Positions 51,953 to 64,000 of a stretch of DNA of 64,000 bases are shown one piece after another. Source of the DNA: Oopsacas minuta. Taxonomy: Eukaryota; Animalia; Porifera. The notes below the pieces were generated by a model. It saw only the letters and a program-made list of their open reading frames with translations. It was not told where the DNA came from and did no database searches. The stretch covers positions 372,001 to 436,000 of the forward strand of contig JAKMXF010000302.1 in assembly GCA_024704765.1 (NCBI GenBank), in the 5' to 3' direction. Made by a program: the position numbers and the translations under genes. Positions within the stretch are counted from its first letter, which is position 1. Each line of letters opens with the position of its first letter.

Positions 51953-52456
51953 TATAGAAGTCTAACATAACTTTTCTATAATATTTAATCAAGCTTAAAA
52001 CATTTAATTATTCCATTTTACAGGAACCTATTTATTGAAACCCCAAATAACAGAGCTCAAAGATTGAATATAAATCCCTACAAAATACAGTCAGGGTCCA
52101 AACCAGTAGCCCCAATGAAATCATTCCCATAGGATTTGTATTAATTAAGTTAGCTGAATATTAAGTTTTAGTCCCGTGGTCCACAATGTGCGATCTACCT
52201 GTACACTGTATAGGTATTTGAATGCAAATAATGCAATACAGTTCTAGAAAATATAAAATGTAATTATAGTCTATCCATACCGTAATAATTGACACCAACA
52301 AGATTAGAAGTGAAGATTAAATTTTAGTAACTAACAGAATATTATTTGGTATGTGTTTAGGTATGTAATTCTACGTGTTATATGTAGTGTAAAGGGATTA
52401 CTCTACGTAATAGCTGGAGATATCGGTACTAGTTCATTAGTCTATTGATGCTGAAA

Positions 52457-55400
52457 TCATTGTCTAGGACTTTGGTACAAATATTGTCCCCTAAACACTC
52501 CACCGGGAACTCCACGTTCCATTCTCTCCCTCCGTAATTCATCTAGTGCTCGGGCGCGAATGAACGGCGATACTATAGGTCTACGTGGATCTAAGTCTCC
52601 CACACGAAGCGGTGATCTCTCTCTAATGTTATCAATAGTTGTAGTAGGGGGAAGTGTTAGTCTAGCTCTCGCACGGAGTAATTCACGTTCTCGTTCTAAA
52701 GCAAACAGCTGCCTTTCTCTAAGAGATGGCGGGGGTTCTCTTCGAGGGATTTCTTCTCTTTCTCTTATCAATCGCTCTCTGCTAATTATAGCAGCAGGTT
52801 CTTTATCCCGATGCAAATCATCTCTGGAATGAGCTCTGCGAGTCCACTCACGGGATCGGGATCTCCTCCTACGCCCTTTCCCCTCCCGCTCTCTTGACCT
52901 GGTTCTAGACCTCCGCTTGCTCTTTTCACTCTTCTCTATACCCTTAGTAGGAGTTGTGTTGTGTAGCTTCTCCTGCATGGCTAATAATTTCTCGCGTTGA
53001 AGATGTTTTGGTGGGAACTTAGCCAACTTATCTTCTTCACTTTGTGATAAGGCATTACTTTTTATTCGCGGGCTAGTTGTATCAACCGGGGGAGGAACCG
53101 GAGGATCCTTCATTGGTGTGGATTCATTGTTATTTACTACCTCTTGTACAACTTGTGGATAAATCTCATCATTAGGGAGTTCAGGTTGTGTATCAGTAAT
53201 ATTATTATCTGTGTTTCCATTGGATATTTCTTGCTGTGATTTGTCTGGGGTTTGTTGCTGCTTGTTACAATTTGATTCTTCATTCTTGCCGGAATCTTTG
53301 CTTCTAGAAAATCGAGATCTTCTCCTTGGGCGTCTCTCTTTCCTAGATCCGATAGATTCATCATCTTTGACAACACTAGACTTGTCATCATCTCTAGGTC
53401 TGGGTCTAGGAGATTTCCGTATTCTGTCTCTCTTTCTTATTCTCAGAGTAGACCTTGTTCTGGAAATCGGCTCGAATGAAGGTTTAGGTGGAGATTCCAT
53501 AGTTCTATATAGTTTCAATGGAACTCCCAATGCATTTGAATCCGGGGGGAAATCTCTCTTCAATCTAACTCTGTCACGATCCAGCAGAGACGGTCTAATT
53601 CCAATCCCGATTGGTGAACCTCTGCCTCGAAATGTGCCGAGATCTCTACGTGCAAGGTCTAGATGATGTGAAATAGCAGTTCTTAAGGGTAGCCGTCTAC
53701 GCAAGTAGGGAGGTAAGGCTCTACTTTCTAATCGAGCTTGTTCAATGAATTCTGCATCTGACAATCTAAAGTCTCTACGTGCACGTTCTAAATCCCAAGA
53801 AAGCATTTCCTGTTCTCTCTCTTTCTCTTCTCGTTCTAATCTGAAATCTCTACCTGTCAAATTCCTGTCAAACTTCTTGTCAAGAATACGTCTGTCATTG
53901 CTGGCCCACTTGTCTTCATCTCTGAGTTGCTCAAATGGTTGTTTCCAATCCCTTCCTTCTTCATTAGAATTATGCTGGTAAGGATAAACATCGCGCTTTT
54001 TCTCCTCTTCATCGTGACGTAATGGTTGTTTATCAAGATAATCCCTTTCGAAATACCTATCACCTTGTCGTGCTGTGGGATATTGATCTCTCTGTAGCCG
54101 GTGTTCATTGTATTCATTAACATGCTCGTTTGGCTGAGAATATTCGTGTGCGAGCCGCCTATAGCCTTCTGACTGCTCATGATGCTGTCTGTGTTCTGGT
54201 AAATGTTGAGTAACTTGTAGTTGTGGGTGTAGAGGGAGTCTATGTTCAGGAGATGTATGTTCTGGGGGGATTTGATAGGGAGTGAAGTTGTCGTGTTTTT
54301 GCATTCGAGCGTAATCTTCTTGCTGGCGATACTGGTTATTTTGATTAGGTGGATAACGAACATACTCATGGGCGTGTGCACTATCATGAGGGATTTCGGG
54401 TGTTTGAGTGTGAGAGGGAGTCGGCCACTGTTGCTGGGGGTATCCTTCATAACCAATTGGTTGGCCTGCAGGCTGATTTTGCGGACCGACTAACATTTCC
54501 TTTTGTTTCTGTTTGTAATGTGCATCTCTGGCATCTTGTGACCAATATTCTGCAGTATTGTGGGAGTATGCTTGAACTTCATGTGATTGATAGGCTTGTC
54601 CAGGTACTTGTTGTTGCCCTTGTTGAAATTGATGCTCGCTCTGTTGGACCGGTTCCTGATTATAGTATGGAATCTGGAACTGTTCTGTGTTTTGAGTTTG
54701 ATTAGCTGGAGGGTGAAAAGGGTGTTGACCCTGAGGTTGTTGTCTTAAGGCTTGCAAATCTGAGTGATCTCCCTCTCCTTTTCTCTCAGCACCTGGGTAG
54801 CCAATGTAACCTGAATGAGGGTTGTTATAGCCAAATTGATCTTGGAGCTTAATCCCAAAATCAGGATGCAATTTTTGTGTACCTTCAGGCGTAATTTGGC
54901 CATCTTTGATAGGTTTCTTGAAATGTAGGTTAGACAGTGCATCTTCAATGATGGGATCATCCATTGATTTCTTTAATATTTCACCAAGTCCAGGGAATAT
55001 GTGATCGCCAGCTGTACTGCTCAGACCAAAGTTAAAAGAGACCTCTCGCTCTGCCTTATCATATGGAATCATATAAGATTCCTTGATTGCATCAGATGTA
55101 TCGCTCTCTGAAATCGGCTTGTATAGTCCGCTAGGGTTGAATAGCTTTGAAGTTATGTCGCTGCTAGAGCCAGTACCTGGTTCAGTTTTAGAACTACTCG
55201 AAGAGAAAGGTAGATCAGTTTTAGAATGAATCGATGAGAAGGGAAGAGGGGCACTTGGATTAGTCAAAGAACTTATGTCTTGTTTGGACGGATTCGTCTT
55301 TTGATCACTGCCCCTAAAACATAATAATAATAAACATACAAATTCGATATTATAAAAGTTTTCGCATACCTCAATTCTCCTAGTATCAATGTATCGACTT

Positions 55401-58400
55401 CACTGCTGCTTCTTTTCGCAGCAGCTGTACTAAGTGGTGAATCACTAGGTTTGTTCGTAACTATCATAGCAAGTAGTGTATCGGTCTTTAGTGTAGGTAC
55501 ACCTGGACCCTGTAATGTGGTCAGTAAGGAGGGAATAGTGTCACCTTTAGTGAATGGCAATAGATACAAGTCTCTGACGGTTGCAGTACAACCACCTGCT
55601 ACTCCACATCGCTGACGTTTGTGAAAATAATTGAAGAGAGTTGTAAAACTTATTTCTTCGTCACGAGATTTAGGCACCAGTCGCAGAACTACAAGTCCTT
55701 TCGTTGTGGATGAGACTATCTTCTTCAAATAGTCCCAAACCATTGTGTAGACTATCCTTCCATGGACCTAGAACAAAATTCAAAAAACATCAAGTCGCTT
55801 CCACTTAACTATAACCGGTTAATATATAGCGTGGCCATACCTGAACATTTTGTGGCAGAATTTTTTCCATATCCGGTATGTATGGTCCATAAGCTAGATA
55901 TCCGTTGGTAACACATTTGGCTAGATTGGGCATACTTATGCTACCCCTCCAAACTATCTTGTCAATTTCTGATTGTTCATCACTGTCAGAAAGGGTTGGT
56001 GAGAATTTGGGCGGAGGAATGTCTATTTCTGTTGTCATGAGTGGAGTCACAGGAATGTCATTAGATTTACTTGATTGAGATTGGATATGTTTACTCGAAT
56101 AAGCTGTTTGTTTGTTCTTTTCATCAAGCACGTACTTGTTTGAATTCTATCAATAAGAATGGAAAGTATGATATATACTACACACTACTAATCATAAACT
56201 AAGCCATGCTATATTTTTAAATGGAAAGTCGAAAATGTATAGTAATGGGTCTGAGCCACTAGAAAAGTTTGCATATATAATCTGTAGTCCGTCTTCTTTG
56301 AATAAGTTTGCTCAATTGTTTGTTGTTGGTTTACAAAGTAATAATGTTGATCTGTTTTACTATGTGAACATTTTATGTATTTATTAGTATTTTAAAACTT
56401 AAACAACATAAGAACTAATACTCGTTTAATCTTGAGCAAAACATCTTTCGTTATATGATGGGCGTGTAAAGCACACAGTTAGTTGCATTAGTCTTTTACA
56501 AGGATGATGTTATATGCTCCACATTTGAAATGTTTATACTTAATTTATGCAATAAATATGCTAGTTGTAGTGGCATAGCTGCGCCCAGGTGGAGGCTTGA
56601 TCTGATATTTTATAACTACTGGTTAGTTGGCCACACTCGAATCAAGAAGACCAACTAACATAACATCTGAGAAGATTATTCTTGCAGGCGTAATATTAGT
56701 TTGCGTATTGAGTCCTCTTTTAAAGCATTTCAATAGACAATTAATCATGGAGTGAATGAAGGAAACTCCTTAGATATTAGCATATGGATACATTAGTAGT
56801 GGGCTAACCCTAATGATCTCAAGTCCTTGTACACAAGGATTAGTTTATTTGTAATTTTATTATTGTGATTTATGAACCGCTAGGATACAGCTTCACAGTA
56901 CAATCACAAATTCGATAAAGATGTTGGCAAATCAGATTTTGGGTGTTTTATAAATGCGTACAGTCGAAATCGTTTTTTGCTTCTTTTCTCGTGCATTTTA
57001 CGGGGCAAAAAAACCCGATTTCGACTGTATTAATATTAACGCATTTGCAAGAAATTCATTCTTGCCATAACTGAAAGTCTCGAATTCTTCTAAGTAACAT
57101 TTTTCGAATTCCTCGGTAAAAAGTTGTGTGGGGTTCAATTTTCATTTAAGGCTTAGGGCTTTGTTTGGCTAGCATGGCCCCTTGACGGAGATCCGATGGA
57201 TTTCTACAAAGGAATAATTACTAAAGCAAATTGTCTAGTAAAAGTCCTATTATTATGAAGTTCCATACTTCCAGTCTTCTACACTTGGGTTGTGCTTATA
57301 CAGCATTTTTCTCGAATATTGAAGGATACTAGTAGTAGATATTGGAACAAAATATATAGCAATGCTATTAGTTGCCTATTAGGTCATTTAATGATTTATT
57401 ACCCTCTCTACCCGAAATAAACCAAAAATTTTCATTCGAGAAATGCCAATAAAGTGCTCAGCTAGTTACAAAACTCTGGACAGCTACTAACAATGACTCA
57501 TGAACAATAGTTCTCAACACCAGGGATAGTTTATTTTAGGTTTGCAAAGACCTCTTCCTTTACCTCAGTGTTATACATCTCATCTCTGATTAAAACTGAT
57601 ACAATCTGCTCCTTTACACCAAAATTTATTACCAAGTAATTAAGATAAATATTATTATGTCGAAAGAACTGTTGTGTGGTGTTGAAGATTAAGAGATCAC
57701 AATTATACAAATATAACACCTCCCCTCAGCTCTAAATTATACTATTTTATATTTTAGCAAATGAATTAAATAATGCTATCACCTGAGTCTTTGGTTGATT
57801 GTGCACATTCTTTCTGGCCATTTCTCCACTACTATAGTCAACACTACTTTGTTTATCATGTGTTTTACTACGAGTAGTTGAAATATCAGTTTTAGAATTA
57901 TTTTTTGATTCTTTAGCACTGTTAGAACTTTCTGACACCAGTACTTCCGTAGACATTTGTACCAAATTCTCTGGTAGGATCTCTCCCGAGACCACCCTTC
58001 GATACAGACTAACGTTTTTAGGATCTCTCAAACTGAAACTTAAACTCCTGTATCTGGATAGAGGGGAAGAAGTATAAACAGAAGTATTACCCCTTGTAAG
58101 GGGTAACTATTGGAATCTGCAACATCTCAATCTTACGATTGATAATCATCTTTACTAGAAATGTATTAATAGATACAGTTGTACTGTATATTACCTCATT
58201 TTTAGTATTATAACTTTTAATGATTACAATATACAGCAGAACTCGGATAACGTACACCCTCGGAAAACGAAAATTAGATTATCCGTTTAGGAAAAGATGT
58301 TACATACTAACCGAGTTCTACTGTACTGACTTTACATTTATTGATTGTTCAGAAATTATTTCAGTAGAATACATTTTTAGACTGAATATTCCGTAATTTT

Positions 58401-61400
58401 ATTTATCAATATTAATTGCCAAATATTTTATCGCATCGGAAAATTACTCAATTTGTTCGCAGTCCACACAGGTAATTTTAAAATTTAGTAAGATCTTGCC
58501 CTATAACGTAATTAATTATATTAATAATAGTTGAAGATAAGAGTTTGAATACCCTTTATAACTTCTACTGCATCATTTATTATTACAATAATTATACAAT
58601 TATAATGAATTAGCTTGCAACTATTTTCACAGATCATATCTCCCTCTATACAATTATTTGGTTTTATTCGTTATTGGACTTTCTAGACGTAGAATCGATT
58701 AGCAAAAGATATGGGTGTAGAAGTCTCAAAGGGTAACTAGATTCTGACTTTAAGAACAATCTGATACTTTTAGCATGTGAATGAATAATCATATTAGTTT
58801 GTTATAAATATAACTGGCTGGTGGGATATGTTGAAAGGGTTGTTGCAGCATCAGAGCATCAGGAAGCAAATAGATGCCGTTACTAGCATAGGACAATTAT
58901 AGACCTGTATGGCATTGGGTTTATAGATAGTTAGAACCTTTCAATTACGAGTTAAGTTAGCGTGTATAGCGTATAATACACAAGGTAGAAGGTAGCAAGT
59001 TGAAAGTCTTGTTGAGAATGTTATATCCCTTGTACAAATATTCGATCTACTTATCAAATTTTTGGGATGAATAGCCAAAGTGTACTGTTCTCGAAAAAAG
59101 AAGAGGTAATAAGCTAGACTAAAGAACTCAAGTTTCCAGCAGTTGTATTCACTCAATGGGAATGATTGTATTACTAGTACATTTAGCTTTTATGTGGCTT
59201 CTATGACAATAATGTAGATGAATTTGTACAGAATATTTGTATTGGAATACCGACAATTCGCAAATCTTCAAGGAAATGATATTGTTGGTTGGTTGTACAT
59301 TTTATTAAACTGTCATTTGTTCAAATAATAGCTTGTGTGACACTTGTACTTCAACCTATTTGTAAATGATGAAATTAAACTTCTTTCCCAAATCATGTGG
59401 ATATATTTAACTGAGATTCAGTTCAATTTATCAGAACATTTGAAGAAATTTACTGCTCCGTGAATGTCTGTGTTTTTGACCATCATATTGAACCGATCTT
59501 TCATTTACAAACCCTCCCTCACTCACCATTGTTGTAGATAGATAAATGAATCTTCAATGTTCTTCCAATAATATTGATTTGCTCTTTCTTCAGTGTATTT
59601 AAGTTTTCATTAGTTAAGGAATTTTAGATAAATAATTAATTGCTTTTTAGCAGAATTATGTCAATGAATTAATTTCTTAACATCTTAATTATTTCTATTA
59701 GTGAGTTTATGAATAATTAAATTCTGATACGTTATTATTACTTAATAGAAAACGTATATTATTTGAAGAATGAATCGTTAGATATAATTACAGATGGTAA
59801 AAAAATGGGAACGAGTTGGACCATTGGTGTACATATGACATTAACATCAGAACATAGCCTAGGCCCTAGAGGTTACTAACAATTCACTATTTATTTGCTT
59901 AAAACAAACATACGTATACGGTATTTCTGACTGATAAATTCATACAACTAAGCTATTGTATCCAAATGCCTTTACGTGAGATGTAATTGAAAATATACGA
60001 ATATATACTCTAAGTCTAATATGGTAAAGTAATTCGGAAGAATAATTCGTGACTCGTATAACAGACTTTGCTGAATTGCTGCTATACTTTATTAATTCGT
60101 ATTCGTAATATAATAATAATAAACTATTATCTCATTTTATACTCCTTACATAGAGATTTTAGAACTACCTATTCTTGTAGCGAGTGGAAATGCCACGGTC
60201 AATAGCGAACAACTGAATCTCTATCTGACTAGCAACTTTAGGAATCGAATCAGAATACTTGGTGTATTCTGATGAACTCTCTACACGAGATAAGAGAATG
60301 TCAGTTAATTGTTTGCGTGCTTTTCCTCTAACAATCTCTTCGTGGTTAGAAATTGGAGTCTCTAGTTTAATATCATATTTACTGGTCGTAGCAGAAAGGT
60401 CTTGAGATGGCCTAATAATGAACAGAAAATAAACGCATAATTGGCTAGTATGCTGGTTTGTATTATAAAGTAATAATATAGAGAAATGCAAAATTTCGAA
60501 AAATTGAAATGTGGTATGATTTCGTTCATTTTTCATCGCCCATAAACTCACAAAAATAATTTGATAGAGCGTATTTGCCCTATGACTTACCTGGGCTGAG
60601 GTTTGATAGGTACATGAGTTGAATGAGCTTTCAGCCAAGCAGCGAGACCACCGAGTGTAGGAGCAGATACGCCAGTTAGAATCTTCATGTTTGATTTATC
60701 AAGCAGTGTTACGCGCTCAGAATCAGCTGATGGGAGACCTTTGATTTGATAGAACGACTTGAGATTATTGACTGTCACTTCAATACAGGCGTTTGAACAG
60801 AAATGATTGTTCTGGTTAGTTAGTCTCTTCTGACAAGATTTGAGGTAACAACGTTTTCCTATTACATTACAAATAATACACATTTATAGGTAATATTATA
60901 ATATGAATATTATGAACACCTTCTTTGACTGGAACAGATTTTTTAGGTATTTTCAAAATCGGAATCTTTGCATCTAACCTATGTTGACTGCGTGTTGCAA
61001 TATGAGATTTAGGTTCTTTGTGTATTTGAGATCTACGTAGAATTGAGTAAAATAAATCCATTCCACACACAATTTGTATTATTATTGCTTACCTATTCGT
61101 TGCACCAGCACTCTCATTACAAACAGGACATAACCAAATATGTCTCTCTCTAGACATCTCTTCTCCTTGTTCCTGACTGATACCCACACACTCACAGTGA
61201 AACCATTTATCGCATTTATCACATATTAATATAAACCTAAACAAACACACATATAGAATACAAACGTATAATAGTTTTGTTCAAATTCTATATTACCTAT
61301 TTTCTTGAGGCTGATTGCATATACAGTCTAGGATATTGTTCCCTTTCGCTTCTTTCTTTATATTAGGGTTAGATAGTTTTAATGTTTTAGTTTGTGTTGG

Positions 61401-61857
61401 TCCAGAGAAAGGCGGTAATAACTTGTTCCTCTTTGGGGAGAGCATTTCTTCGTTGCTGGGGAAGATCTCCATGTCAGGACTGTTGAGCTCTAGAATTTGG
61501 TCCGGTGCGAAAGATTGGGCGGCTAGACCTCCGCCTGTGTTCCCGAAGTCTACCATTAGATCAGAGAAGAGTGAGGAGTCCGGGAGATTTTCCTGTACTG
61601 AGGATTCGTGATCATCATAATGAAGATTCCAATCAAGCAGGAACGTTCCCTGACAGAGAAATATGAATTACATATAACAATATATTTTAGCTTATTAGCT
61701 AAGCCTACTCTACCTTTGAATCAGTACTCCCCAATTCAGAATCCTCTCCCGCCGCTTGACTAGCAGGGTTAGCAGTAGAAGGGTTGTGTAGAAAGTCGTC
61801 TGCATCTGGAAGACCAAGATCAGGACCAGTGTAAAATGGAGGATTCGATCTGCTCAT
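52457..61857 (-). CDS. DIDO1/PHF3-like protein (PHD, BRK-like, TFIIS central, SPOC, R/E/Q-rich tail), multi-exon
   Basis: PHD CICNQP|..ICDKCDKWFHCECVG...WLCPVC; ERVTLL...APTLGGLAAWLKAH; TFIIS-M ..IEIQLF..YKNR|..RDPKNVSLYRRVVSGEILPENLVQMS; SPOC IVWRGSISM...VWDYLKKI...FTTLFNYFHKRQRCGV...DLYLLP; terminal 936-aa exon. Confidence 0.88.
56961..57027. mobile_element. 67-bp Tc1/mariner-pogo-type MITE
   Basis: TA-CAGTCGAAATCG ... CGATTTCGACTG-TA perfect 12-bp TIR, extending via TTTTTTGC/GCAAAAAA, with TA on both sides. Confidence 0.75.
58234..58323. mobile_element. 90-bp pogo/Tigger-like MITE
   Basis: TA-CAGCAGAACTCGG ... CCGAGTTCTACTG-TA, 13-bp TIR with one mismatch. Confidence 0.75.
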
Positions 61858-62122
61858 TGAAATCTGCGTGAATGAATGTAGTTCGTCAAAATAAACTCTA
61901 ATTCGCTAGTGAATATACTTTGTATTAGAAAGTTATCAATAGTAAGAAGCAGTCCAAGAAAGGCTTCTAATAGAAATTGTGTATACTTAGATTCATACAT
62001 ACACAATAATATCCATTGTGTTTTGAGCTTAACAACCGAATACTATGGATGAAATCTTATTACAACATTTACATACAATGAATCATGAAAACTAAAGTAA
62101 TTATACAATAACATATTGACAG

Positions 62123-64000
62123 ATGAGTGATGCCATTAGGGATCATGGAAATATCGTAGGATATATGTATTCTAGCTTCGATGATTTTGAAAATATTTAT
62201 ACTAAAATAATCATTGCTATACCAAATGTTACTATACCCAGGGGTAATGGGATGTAACATTTGGAATTTCAACATTCTGAGAGTTAACATTGCATTTTTT
62301 GTGGAACTTCTACAGTGGAACCTGCATAAACTAACACCTCTATAATCCGACAGTGCTTCTGATGTGAAATAGCTTCCAACAATGCAAATTCACCTACATA
62401 CTCCGACAGAATATCCCAACGAGTGTCGGTTATGCTGGTTCCACTGTATTTTTGCAACATATGTTTCTCTATATAATATTTATAGCAGAATATGTTGCTA
62501 AGAAAATGTAGCAACTCCTTTAGTAACGTAAAATTTCTGGGAATTTTAATTACCTAAGGGTCCGTTAAAACATTACGTAATATTTTCATGAATTAAGCTT
62601 TATGTAACGTTAGATTGGTTTTATGACCTTTGAGTTTACCCCAATACCTCTGAAACTCCCAGTATTTCCAGATTTAGCATTAACTATCATGTTAACCTAG
62701 ATTTTGATAAGTAAAACAATTAGCACGAGCAAAATAGAACAAGGTAACTAAATCTACAAATCATACATCATTTCAAATTCAGCCTACATCATTACCAACA
62801 AAAATTATAATTGCTCTCTACGCTTTTACAGTACAACAGCTGGATAGTACAATTATTTCTAATAATGTTTTATTCATGATTCCATCACAAAATGTTTGTT
62901 GTCTACCTAGCTGAAATAATTCGGTAAAACATACTCCTACATTATTTGAATGTTTGTTAAGCTCTTTGAAAATATTTGCGACTAATAATTTATTCCAAGA
63001 TTTATTTTCCTAAAATCAATAAACTATACTTTATAATGCAAATATTATTCTGCAGTGACGGATTTAGGGATAAACAATGTACGTAGTACATGTTGTAGTG
63101 AGAGTTTATTGTATGCTCAATTTCCTGTATTAGCTAAGAATTCAATGGCTCTCAAAAATCTTCCTCATTCAATTCAGACCAGAAGAAAGATACCTAACAT
63201 ATATGCATACACACGTTTAATGAGCCTTGAAAACACCAGCTCATTTCTGACAGATGCTATCAATCGCAAATTTGATATTGATTCAAAATTGGGCCTTCCA
63301 GAAAGTAGCTATACTAAAAACTTTCGAGTTTCAAGCAGATTCTCCCAAGTTAGTGTTGAAATACTTGGAAATATACACAAAATAAAGACTATAGACTCAT
63401 ATATCAATCCAGGTACACAACTGATTTACTTATACATTAGTACTATCAACAGTCAAGGTTCTACCGTGATACACAGGTGAGTATACTTATATATGCATAT
63501 AGTTAATCGCGAAATCTAATACCGATTAAAAATGTAGGGTACAGTCTAAGTAGATATTACTTACAGTTCAGGAAATTTATTGATAAGTAGAGTTCATCTT
63601 AGAACCTTTTTGACTAGCACAACTTGCAAATTGCATTAACAAACAAAAAGGTCAAAAGCGTTAGATAATTTTTGTACTTATTTACTAGTCTAGTCAGCGG
63701 GTGAGGCTTTAGACAGCAGGAATTTTGGGAGTCACAATTTACAGCGAAATAAAACATAATTGTTAATTATTGTACTATATAGGATGAGGGGATCTCCCAA
63801 AGGACCATCATTTGAAAGATTAATGAATATGCAAAAAGGAGATCTCGTGCTAACACATGGAGAAGTCCATTATAAGAGGCAAAAACTCCAAGATAAATTA
63901 CAATATATCTATGCTTCGTCATTAAGCATTTTCAGTGCATTTAAACTAAATAGATCGAGTTTGCATATAAGAAATACCTATTCCAGCGTAATGATGCTAG
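62123..64000 (+). CDS. Uncharacterised multi-exon gene continuing past the right edge
   Basis: Exons 62123-62243 (phase-1 donor), 63056-63476 (phase-2 donor GTGAGT) and ~63783-64000 (open to the window end) are mutually in frame. No recognised domain. Confidence 0.6.
62313..62446. mobile_element. 134-bp Tigger/pogo-like MITE
   Basis: TA-CAGTGGAACCTGCATAA ... TTATGCTGGTTCCACTG-TA, 17-bp TIR with one mismatch, TA flanks. Confidence 0.8.

Noticed and set aside
52086-52210. tacagt...actgta segment with MITE-like internal motifs
   Set aside because: Only ~6 bp of terminal match; too degenerate to call.
52560-54960. Multiple overlapping ORFs within the last DIDO exon
   Set aside because: Alternate-frame or antisense artefacts of R/S/E-rich low-complexity coding sequence.
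56569-56600. agtggcatagctgcgcccagg, resembling a Harbinger terminus
   Set aside because: No matching opposite end found.
62069-62514. Minus-strand ORFs 62069-62290 and 62284-62514
   Set aside because: One is antisense to a phase-consistent plus-strand exon; the other is mostly MITE sequence.

Overview
AT-rich (roughly one-third GC, estimated by eye), gene-dense eukaryotic DNA with about 24 protein-coding loci, mostly short (about 50-70 nt) GT-AG introns and many intronless genes. The gene set looks animal-like (PIM kinase, TRIM-NHL, TRAF, MRTF, DIDO1/PHF3, SPATA22, DDX43, LIG3, ARL13B, ZMYND12) but also includes a GPCR-PIP kinase fusion and a plant-NCL-type Ca2+ exchanger, which suggests an early-branching animal such as a sponge (inference). 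Most notable: (1) a 3-exon gene fusing a 7TM receptor to a complete PIP kinase; (2) an F-box/WD40 gene whose ~4.1 kb intron appears to hold two same-strand intronless E3-ligase genes, with a possible further intron holding an antisense gene; (3) that antisense gene, an N-myristoylated tandem permuted papain-like (YaeF/YiiX, C92) protein with one apparently dead and one intact domain; (4) an ORP10/11-like PH protein with no sterol-binding domain; (5) a KIAA1549-like mucin with glycosylation-repeat arrays. Several small DNA-transposon derivatives sit in introns. I found no rRNA, tRNA or CRISPR. All family assignments come from motif recognition and manual splice-phase checks, not database searches.
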